A DNA stretch of 32,000 bases, from assembly GCF_008065095.1 (NCBI RefSeq), contig NZ_CP042911.1:2610001-2642000 (forward strand). The letters are read 5' to 3'. A program made the position numbers and the translations under genes. Each line of letters starts with the position of its first letter. Position 1 is the stretch's first letter. Positions 1 through 10,332 of the stretch are shown piece after piece. This stretch comes from Gemmata obscuriglobus. GTDB taxonomy: Bacteria; Planctomycetota; Planctomycetia; Gemmatales; Gemmataceae. Below the pieces are notes generated by a model. It had not been told where the DNA came from and did not search any database. It saw only the letters and a list, made by a program, of their open reading frames with translations.

Positions 1-2
1 TT

Positions 3-1493
3 CGTCGGCTGCACTCGAACCATGCCCTCGACCACGCTCTGAAACTGGCGGGGGAGCACAAGAAGCCGCTGGTGGTGTACGAGGGGCTGAAGCTGAACTA
101 CCCGTGGGCGAACGCGCGGCACCACACGTTCATTCTCCAGGGGATGCGAGACAACGCCCGCGCGGCGCAGAAACTCGGGCTGGCGTACTGGCCGTTCGTG
201 GAGACGCCCGACGACCCGGGGCGCGGGCTGGTGGCACGGCTGTCTAAGGATGCTGTGTGCGTCGTGACCGACGACTACCCGGCGTACATCGTGCCCGCGC
301 ACAACCGGGCTCTCGCGGACAAGATCGACGTGCCGCTGGTCCTGGTGGACGGCAGCAGCGTGGTGCCGCTGTCCCGCTTGGGGGCGCCGGTCGCCGCAGC
401 CGCGCACCTGCGGCCTCGAATTCACAAGCTCTTCGCCGAGGCGTGGCGGCATCGTGCGAAAAATGCGCCTGACGTGCCAAAGGTCGCCCGGAGCACACTC
501 GCGCCGCCGTTCGAGCCGTGGGACGCGACCCAAGACATCGCCAAGTTCGTTGCCGGACTGCCGATCGACCAGAGCGTCCCCGCAGTCGCCGGCGCGACGG
601 GCGGCGCGGCCGCAGGAACCGCCGCCCTTGAAGCCTTCGTGTCCGACAAACTCCCCCGCTACTCCGAAGAACGCAACGCGCCCGACGACCCGGCCAAGAG
701 TGCGGCCAGCGCGCTCAGTGCGTATCTGCACTACGGGCACATTTCAATCGAGCAGGTGACGCAGGCCGTCCTTGGCGACTCGTGGAGCGAACAGGAGATC
801 AACCCGAAGACCCGCAACAAGGACGACTTCTTCTGCCGCGACCCGAACGTCAACGACTTCCTCGACGAGGCGATCACCTGGCGCGACGTCGGCTACCACT
901 GGCACTTCCGGAGAAATTTGGAGTGTGACAATCGGGATGCGGAATTGAAGAACGTGAGTTGGAGTGGGGCTTCAAGTTCTGCCGTGCCACAGTTCAATTT
1001 CGAGACGATGGACTTCGCCTCCGGTGGCGAGCTCACCCTGGACGTGGTTCTGCCGGAGTGGGCGCGGGCCTCCTTGAAGAAGCACGCTGGCGACCCGCGC
1101 GAGCACATTTACTCGCTCGGCGAGTTCGAGGGCGCCCGGACCCACGATCCGCTCTGGAACGCGGCACAGACCGAACTGATATGCACCGGACGTATTCACA
1201 ACTACCTGCGGATGCTCTGGGCCAAGAAGGTGCTTGAGTGGAGTGCCACGCCCGCGGACGCGTATCGCACGCTGGAGCACCTGAACAACAAGTACGCGCT
1301 CGACGGCCGCGACCCGAACTCGTACACGGGCATTCACTGGTGCTTCGGGCTGTTCGACCGCCCGTGGCCGCCCGAGCGCCCGGTGTTCGGCTCGCTCCGG
1401 TACATGTCGAGCGCTAACACGGCGAAGAAGTTCGACCTCGACGGATATTACGATTATGTCGCCGGGATCTCGCAGTCCGCTCCGCGCCGGTAA
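3..1493 (+). CDS. phr: Class II CPD photolyase (deoxyribodipyrimidine photo-lyase); 5' end cut by the window edge
   Basis: The frame is open from nt 3 (RRLHSNHALDHALKLAGEHKKPLVVYEGL...), so the listed start at 72 is internal. The C-terminal block HDPLWNAAQ..GRIHNYLRMLWAKKVLEW..NKYALDGRDPNSYTGIHWCFGLFDRPW..FGSLRYMS matches the class II photolyase FAD-binding region as I recall it. Stop TAA at 1491-1493. Confidence 0.9.
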   Translation, partial: RRLHSNHALDHALKLAGEHKKPLVVYEGLKLNYPWANARHHTFILQGMRDNARAAQKLGLAYWPFVETPDDPGRGLVARLSKDAVCVVTDDYPAYIVPAHNRALADKIDVPLVLVDGSSVVPLSRLGAPVAAAAHLRPRIHKLFAEAWRHRAKNAPDVPKVARSTLAPPFEPWDATQDIAKFVAGLPIDQSVPAVAGATGGAAAGTAALEAFVSDKLPRYSEERNAPDDPAKSAASALSAYLHYGHISIEQVTQAVLGDSWSEQEINPKTRNKDDFFCRDPNVNDFLDEAITWRDVGYHWHFRRNLECDNRDAELKNVSWSGASSSAVPQFNFETMDFASGGELTLDVVLPEWARASLKKHAGDPREHIYSLGEFEGARTHDPLWNAAQTELICTGRIHNYLRMLWAKKVLEWSATPADAYRTLEHLNNKYALDGRDPNSYTGIHWCFGLFDRPWPPERPVFGSLRYMSSANTAKKFDLDGYYDYVAGISQSAPRR

Positions 1494-1580
1494 TGTTGTG
1501 CTCTATACTTGTTACAACAGACATCGGACGCGACGGCGTTCGGCCGACCCGGGAGCCGGGAAGCGGCAGCCGCCCCGAGG

Positions 1581-1609
1581 TGGACGACGGGCGTCGTTGT
1601 GTCGATAAT
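1581..1609 (+). promoter_or_regulatory. Candidate sigma70-type promoter for the ahcY leader
   Basis: TGGACG (1581-1586), a 17-nt spacer, then GATAAT (1604-1609), about 70 nt upstream of the riboswitch-like element. Motif match only. Confidence 0.3.
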
Positions 1610-1680
1610 TTCTGAACGGCTCCGGTCGCGGGCGGGCGCCCAGACGGCCCGCACCTGGAGCCGGTAAGCGAACACCACCT

Positions 1681-1762
1681 CCGTGAGGGGCGCTGCAACG
1701 GGACGCACTGGGCGTACTTGCCAGGCTCGCGGGGATGGGCATTCACGTGCAACGGCGCCCGT
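1681..1762 (+). promoter_or_regulatory. SAH (S-adenosylhomocysteine) riboswitch-like pseudoknot in the ahcY 5' leader
   Basis: CCGUGAG (1681-1687) pairs with CUCGCGG (1726-1732, one G-U). GGGCGC (1688-1693) pairs with GCGCCC (1755-1760). A hairpin lies between (ACGC..GCGU, GCAA..UUGC). The blocks GCGCUGCAAC, CAGGCUCG and GCAACGGCGCC resemble the SAH riboswitch consensus from memory. It ends about 10 nt before the SD AGGAG (1772-1776) of ahcY, the classic regulated gene. Confidence 0.72.
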
Positions 1763-1785
1763 TCATCGTTTAGGAGACTTTGAAC

Positions 1786-3207
<1,422 letters not shown>

Positions 3208-3215
3208 TCGGCGTC

Positions 3216-3245
3216 CCGGCGCCGGAGAACCTTTTCCGGTGCCGG
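3216..3245 (+). terminator. Hairpin just downstream of ahcY (possible terminator)
   Basis: CCGGCGCCGGA (3216-3226) pairs with TCCGGTGCCGG (3235-3245): 11 bp including one G-U, with an 8-nt loop. It starts 9 nt after the ahcY stop. There is no clear U-tract. Confidence 0.35.
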
Positions 3246-3328
3246 CATGTTGTCGCCTTCCGAACAGGCGGCCTTGGTCGCGGCTCGTCAAGAACGTTGC
3301 AAATGTCCCGGCCGCGTGCTTAGCGGCT

Positions 3329-3378
3329 GCCGTTGCGTCGGGCGCTTCGTGTGCCCGACGCAACGGCGTTTATTCTCC
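3329..3378. terminator. 15-bp perfect hairpin between convergent genes (bidirectional terminator candidate)
   Basis: GCCGTTGCGTCGGGC (3329-3343) pairs with GCCCGACGCAACGGC (3353-3367), with a 9-nt loop, followed on the + strand by GTTTATTCT. It abuts the stop (3370-3372) of the minus-strand gene. Confidence 0.55.
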
Positions 3379-4440
3379 GAGAACGGTTGGGCGTTCGTGA
3401 TCGGTGTCGGTAAAGGTCCGCCCGCGCGGCTTGTCCCCGCGCGTTCGCGCGTACAACTTCCCGGCCACCAGGGCCGCACCGGCGCCGGCCAGGAGCGCCG
3501 CTCCCAGCTCCCATTCGTCGATTAGTAGTTCGGCCGGGACCGCCCGGATGGCCGGCTCGAGGCCGTAGAGAAAATCGTCCACCCCTTTTCGTAAGTCGGC
3601 CGTATCGAACGGAAGGAACCGGGCGATGATGTCCGCCGTAGCGGCGGGTTCGCGGGCTCCGGTGGCCGCCGGGACCGGGGTGGGACTCGGTGCGGGCCGC
3701 GGTGCCCCTTCTGACGTGTTCGGAGCCGGCGGCTGCGGTGCCAGATCGGATGACGGCCCGGACGACTCGTTACTGTCAAGCACGACAATCGGCCACCAGT
3801 CGTAATGCGCCCTCGGAGCGGTCGCGGGCGCCGTGTCGGTCACCGGTCCGGTCGGCGCCGTGGCGGTCGGGTGTGGCGCCTCCGTGCTGCGAGGCGTGCC
3901 GACCGGTTGTGCCGACGGGGGCGGGGGGGCGAAGGGCTGTTCCAGGCCCTCCGGTTCGAACCCGAACAGGTGTCCTTCGAGCCAGAGCCGCTGAATGGCT
4001 GCCCAGGTGTGCGCCCCCGGGGCCGCTCGCAGAGCTTCCCGGATCTCGACGACCAGGTCGCCCGTCAGTGCCAGTTTCGCCTCGCGGAACGGCTCCCGCC
4101 CAGCGACCGGTGTGCCCAAATCCACGGTGCCAAGCGATTCGGCGAGCCGGGCGATGTCGTCCACGAACTGGCGTTCTGCTCCGCTGAATGACCCTCGTGT
4201 TTCGACCCCGCCCCACACGACGGTTCGCGCGTCTGTCGGCATGGCCGCTTCTGTTGCGGCTCCACCCGTCCCGTCGAGTTCCGTCAGGAATGTAGTCGCT
4301 GCGTCCGCGCCGGACTCGCGGGCGAGTTCCGGCGCCGTCGCGGCTGCGGGCACCACACGACCGCCCAGCGGCTCCAGTGCGGGGCAAAAACGGTCCGGCG
4401 GTTCGGACGAGGAGAACAACGAGCAGAGCCAGTTGAACAT
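3370..4440 (-). CDS. Hypothetical Pro/Ala/Thr-rich protein with a C-terminal membrane anchor; second gene of the kinase operon
   Basis: ATG at 4440 with GAGG 8 nt upstream, 36 nt after the kinase stop on the same strand. It has a central low-complexity Pro-rich linker and a C-terminal hydrophobic helix ELGAALLAGAGAALVAGKLY followed by basic residues. I recognise no family. Confidence 0.6.
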   Translation of the reverse strand: MFNWLCSLFSSSEPPDRFCPALEPLGGRVVPAAATAPELARESGADAATTFLTELDGTGGAATEAAMPTDARTVVWGGVETRGSFSGAERQFVDDIARLAESLGTVDLGTPVAGREPFREAKLALTGDLVVEIREALRAAPGAHTWAAIQRLWLEGHLFGFEPEGLEQPFAPPPPSAQPVGTPRSTEAPHPTATAPTGPVTDTAPATAPRAHYDWWPIVVLDSNESSGPSSDLAPQPPAPNTSEGAPRPAPSPTPVPAATGAREPAATADIIARFLPFDTADLRKGVDDFLYGLEPAIRAVPAELLIDEWELGAALLAGAGAALVAGKLYARTRGDKPRGRTFTDTDHERPTVLGE

Positions 4441-4476
4441 CTTCGGTGCCTCTTCCTTGAGACCGACCGCTTCGGG

Positions 4477-6669
<2,193 letters not shown>

Positions 6670-7127
6670 GGATCCTCCTCGGTTGGTTCGGTGAGTCGGT
6701 TACCCACCGGCGGCTGTCCGTTGCCGATCCCCGTTATGTAATTATTACACCAAACGCGGGTGCCTCCAGCAAGTGAGCTTCTGGTTGGAGGCGCCTGAAC
6801 GCCGTGGGCCGGAGTACGAACTTGCAATGGTTATACTGATTTGACGTATTTGATATTTAAATAAATGTGTTGAATTGAATTGTTTGCAATATACGTTCGA
6901 ATCCGCGGAAGGACGCGGGACGATGGTAACGGCTCTGCAACACCTCGCAGAAATACCCGGCTCAAGTCAAGTGAGGACGAGGCGAGAACTCGTCACTGCG
7001 AACATCGCAGATTTGACCCGAATAACACGGGGACACACGAAAACAGGGTGAAACAGATTGTTTGTCAGGCAGTCGGTCGAGTTGGTTTATTGTCAGATAG
7101 TTGTTGTATCGTGCTGTTCCAATGCAT

Positions 7128-7175
7128 CGCCCGCGGACCGACCACCGGGAGGTCTCAGTGGTCGGTCCGCGGGCG
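7128..7175 (-). terminator. 18-bp perfect GC-rich hairpin downstream of the 7203-7736 gene
   Basis: CGCCCGCGGACCGACCAC (7128-7145) pairs with GTGGTCGGTCCGCGGGCG (7158-7175), with a 12-nt loop, 28 nt past the stop of the minus-strand CDS. There is no U-tract on either strand. Confidence 0.5.
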
Positions 7176-7202
7176 CCAGGTCCTCAACATGAACTGGCCG
7201 GA

Positions 7203-7736
7203 TCAGTTCGGCTTCGGGCGTGGGAAGTTTGTCAGACTCGGCCGTGCGGACGGCGGGGGCGGCTTCGGGGCCGGGAACTTTGACACCGGCCCTGAGGGCG
7301 CCGGTTTTGCTTCAGGAGCTGCCGCTGTGGGCTTGTCAGCAGGAGCATCGTCGGGCGATGCTGTGATGCCCCGCCCCGCCAGCCACGCTCGCGCCAGTGC
7401 GAGGGTCAACCCGTGCGGGCCGTCGCCGGTCGCCTCGACGGTCGAACCGTCAGCGGCGAGGGTGCCGGTCCAACTGGCATCCGCTTTGCGTGTTAATGAG
7501 AAGTGGGCATCAGCGGGCAGAAGTTTGAACGCCTCGCCCTTTTTTGGCACCGCAGAGGCCGCAACCCGCTGCTCTTCATTGAGCTTCGCGACGCACACCT
7601 CGCAACGGGTTTTCTGAAACTTCGCCAGCCGTTGAGCCCGGTATCGGTCCACCGCGTAATGCTGGAACTCGCGCAAGCAGCCGCAGGCACGGGCCACCAT
7701 TGGCCGCGCAACGACTTCCCCGGTCGGCACTCCCAT
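7203..7736 (-). CDS. Hypothetical protein with an N-terminal CxC...CxxC zinc-ribbon-like motif and a Pro-rich tail
   Basis: ATG at 7736 with GGAGG 7 nt upstream. Motif ACGCLREF...TRCEVCVAKL. The C-terminus is Pro/Ala/Lys-rich. I recognise no family. Confidence 0.65.
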   Translation of the reverse strand: MGVPTGEVVARPMVARACGCLREFQHYAVDRYRAQRLAKFQKTRCEVCVAKLNEEQRVAASAVPKKGEAFKLLPADAHFSLTRKADASWTGTLAADGSTVEATGDGPHGLTLALARAWLAGRGITASPDDAPADKPTAAAPEAKPAPSGPVSKFPAPKPPPPSARPSLTNFPRPKPN

Positions 7737-7771
7737 CTGACAACCTCCAGGCGCTGGGCAGGCGCAATGCC

Positions 7772-7802
7772 ATCATACAACATACTCCCGGTTCGTCAGC
7801 AA
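7772..7802 (-). promoter_or_regulatory. Candidate promoter for the 7203-7736 gene
   Basis: On the minus strand: CTGACG (7799-7794) or TTGCTG (7802-7797), a 16- or 19-nt spacer, then an extended -10 TGTATGAT (TATGAT = 7777-7772), about 35 nt upstream of the ATG. Motif match only. Confidence 0.35.
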
Positions 7803-7830
7803 GAGGGCGTTTGACGAACTGTCCGATTAA

Positions 7831-7848
7831 CGGGCGCCGGGGCGCCCG
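7831..7848 (-). terminator. Palindromic hairpin after the UvrC-like gene
   Basis: CGGGCGCC GG GGCGCCCG is flanked by A/T-rich sequence (minus strand: GTTAAAT-hairpin-TTAATC), 33 nt past the stop at 7881. Confidence 0.4.
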
Positions 7849-7880
7849 ATTTAACCGCGCGCGGTCGGCAACAATGCCTC

Positions 7881-9095
7881 TCACGCCGGCGCTGCCGACG
7901 GGAACATCGCGCACGCGGCTTCGGCTTTCGCCCGCGTCAGGAGCTTGGACCGCTCATCCTCGCTCTTGCGGAACCACGCCGCAACCAACAGTACGCTGTC
8001 GACGGCCACGTCCGAAAGCACCGCCGGCGCCGGGCGATCGGCGAACGTGGCGCCCAGCAGGCTCGCAACCCGGGTGGCCGATTCTGCGTCGGGCGGAAAC
8101 GACACCGCCTGCACTTCGCCGCGATGGATCAGGTACCAGCGGGTCTGGCCGTCCGTGCCCTCAAGCGGGTACACGAACGAGTTGCGGTCTCGTGCGGTGC
8201 GCAGCAGGTTGAGCCGGTCGTCGAGCCACTGAAGCGCGTGCAGCTTGTCGCGGAGCGACGCCGCCTTTTCAAACTGAAGCTCTTCCGCCGCGACACCCAT
8301 CTGCTCCTGAAGCGTCTGCAAGATCGATCGGTTGCGCCCGTCCAAGAACGCTTTCGCCGCCCGCGCCCCGGCCGCGTAGTCTTGGCGGGTGCAGGCGCCC
8401 ACGCACGGGCCGGCGCACGTCCCGAGTTCAAACCGCAGACACTTTGCGCTGCGGGCCGGGTCGAACAGCGCGCCCTGTTCGGCGAACGTCAGCGGGACGG
8501 TTTGCGGACAGTCGCGGAGCTTGAACCAGTCGTTCAACCGCCGGGCCGCGTCCTCGGATCGGTGCCGTTTCACGAACGGGCCGTATACGCCCTGCTCCTT
8601 TCCGGTCGGCGCGGCGGTTACGTACACGTGCGCACCAGGGCTCTTCCCCACGCAGATGTAATGGTGGCGCTGAAAGCCCGGGACGCCGAGCACGTTGTAC
8701 CGGGGGCGCAGACGCTGGATCAGCTCTAGCTCGCGCAGCAGCGCCGCAAGTTCGTCGCCGCACTGCTCCCACACGAGCCGCTTGGTTTGCTCAATGATCT
8801 TGCCCGCCTTCGGGTCGCGGCTGTTCTCGCGGAAGTAGCACAACAGCCGGGCGCGCAGGTTCTTCGCCTTCCCGACGTAAATGAGCCGCCCGCGGCTGTC
8901 AAGCATCCCGTACACGCCGGGCACTTTCGGTGCGTTCTTCTTGGCGCCGCGTTTAAGTTTGCTGAGCCGTTTGCCGCGCACCTCGAAGACCGGCGGAACC
9001 TCTTCGGCGGGGCGAAACCGGCTCGGCCCGAAGCCGTCGAAATCGTCCGCGAACAGCGTCCCCTGTTTCTTCCCGTCCTTGGGTGTGCGGCTCAT
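7881..9095 (-). CDS. UvrC-family GIY-YIG nuclease, N-terminal half only (Cho-like)
   Basis: GIY-YIG block PGVYGMLDSRGRLIYVGKAKNLRARL...RYN, the UvrC Cys cluster CLRFELGTCAGPCVGAC, and a UVR-like helix LQFEKAASLRDKLHALQWL. The protein ends about 400 aa in, without the RNase-H-like or HhH region. ATG 9095 is preferred because the longer ORF (to 9290) would overlap the divergent fasciclin gene. Confidence 0.82.
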   Translation of the reverse strand: MSRTPKDGKKQGTLFADDFDGFGPSRFRPAEEVPPVFEVRGKRLSKLKRGAKKNAPKVPGVYGMLDSRGRLIYVGKAKNLRARLLCYFRENSRDPKAGKIIEQTKRLVWEQCGDELAALLRELELIQRLRPRYNVLGVPGFQRHHYICVGKSPGAHVYVTAAPTGKEQGVYGPFVKRHRSEDAARRLNDWFKLRDCPQTVPLTFAEQGALFDPARSAKCLRFELGTCAGPCVGACTRQDYAAGARAAKAFLDGRNRSILQTLQEQMGVAAEELQFEKAASLRDKLHALQWLDDRLNLLRTARDRNSFVYPLEGTDGQTRWYLIHRGEVQAVSFPPDAESATRVASLLGATFADRPAPAVLSDVAVDSVLLVAAWFRKSEDERSKLLTRAKAEAACAMFPSAAPA

Positions 9096-9201
9096 AAGTG
9101 CTGTTCGCGACTTGTGCGGGATGGTGTACTCGCGTATTCTAACAGCGCCATCTTGTCCGTGAGAACTCCGAAACCACTGCATCTCACCGCCGGAGCGAAT
9201 C

Positions 9202-9705
9202 GTGAGAACGGGCCGAATCGCTGCTCTTGTGGTGTCGGTCATCCTCGGCGCCCAAACGCCACCCGCACGTGCTTCGGACCGCGGGACCATCTACGACACG
9301 CTCGCCGCTAACGAACAGACGGCGATTTTGGCCGTTGCCGCGAAAGAAACCGGGTTGACCGCGATCCTCAAGGGGAAGGACGAATACACACTGTTCGCCC
9401 CGACCGATGCGGCCTTCCTGAAGCTCGACGACGACGGCATCGGTGCCGTCGCGCGGAACGAACAGGTGGTTCAAAAGTTGTTGCGTTCGCACCTCGTGAA
9501 AGGGAAGCACACGACCGCGGCACTGAAAAAGAAGGCACAGGCGGGCGAATCGCTTACAACGGTCGGCGGCGAGCGGCTCAAAATCGAGGAGCGCAAAGAC
9601 GGGCTGTATGTCGGTGGGGTCAAGCTCGAACCGGACGCAGCGGATCTTGGGTGCAGCAACGGCGTGATTCATTTGCTGGGTACGTTGCAGACGGTACCGA
9701 AGTGA
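9202..9705 (+). CDS. Secreted fasciclin (FAS1) domain protein
   Basis: GTG at 9202 with GGAG 6 nt upstream. Signal peptide MRTGRIAALVVSVILGAQTPPARA. FAS1 blocks TLFAPTDAAF and SNGVIHLL. Confidence 0.85.
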   Translation: MRTGRIAALVVSVILGAQTPPARASDRGTIYDTLAANEQTAILAVAAKETGLTAILKGKDEYTLFAPTDAAFLKLDDDGIGAVARNEQVVQKLLRSHLVKGKHTTAALKKKAQAGESLTTVGGERLKIEERKDGLYVGGVKLEPDAADLGCSNGVIHLLGTLQTVPK

Positions 9706-9800
9706 CCACCCGTGGCACATAAATTCGGCGGCCCACGGTGCCTCCCCGACCGGAGCTGATAGGTCGGGAGACGCTGTGGGCCGCATGTTGCCGGGGCGGT

Positions 9801-10028
9801 TCAGCGACTCTCGCCCGCGCATACTTCGACGTGGTTCACGATGACCCGCTTGCCGAGAATGCGGCGGAGGTACTCCTGTGCCAGCTGTTTGTGGTAGTAG
9901 CTCGACACCTGCCCGGTGATGAGCACCTCGGTGTCGTTGTCGATGACGACTAACCGGCGGAGCTGGCCGATCGGACTGTGGACGAAAAAGTCTGCCAGGT
10001 CGGGCGCGAGAGAGGGGCAGGCGTTCAT
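9801..10028 (-). CDS. Small BON-like domain protein
   Basis: ATG at 10028 with GGAG about 7 nt upstream. The 75-aa sequence VVIDNDTEVLITGQVSSYYHKQLAQEYLRRILGKRVIVNHVEV fits the BON pattern. The family call is tentative. Confidence 0.55.
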   Translation of the reverse strand: MNACPSLAPDLADFFVHSPIGQLRRLVVIDNDTEVLITGQVSSYYHKQLAQEYLRRILGKRVIVNHVEVCAGESR

Positions 10029-10332
10029 GATGTCGCTCCGGCGAATGGGAGATGGGCGCGAACTCTCTAACCGGGTGCGAGCCCGGATTTAACCAGCGAC
10101 TGAGTAACGAAAACGCGGCCCTCGCCAACAGCCAGTTAGCGCAACGAAATGCGACCGCGGATCCGTCCGAAGTGCGAGGGCGAAGGGCTCGTTTCCATTC
10201 TTCCACGCATCGTAGACGGCCCTTTTGCGGACTGCAACGATTTTCCGTCTTATTCCATTTTTTCCTGACCCTTGCGGTGGGCCGCAGGTGCTCGTAGATT
10301 TCCGCCGCTGCCGCCACCCTCTCGGAGCATTC

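Noticed and set aside
6895-6925. Possible tRNA gene suggested by GTTCGAATCC
   Set aside because: No complementary 5' T-stem, anticodon arm, D-arm or acceptor pairing can be drawn on either strand. It is only a T-loop-like fragment.
6880-7617. 245-aa + strand ORF crossing the low-GC spacer and the Zn-ribbon gene
   Set aside because: It has only a TTG start, with no SD. Its first ~100 codons use rare AGA/AGG/ATA-type codons, and its second half is antisense to a gene with a good SD and ATG. The stop-free run through the spacer is noted under the 6670-7202 finding, but it is not enough to call a CDS.
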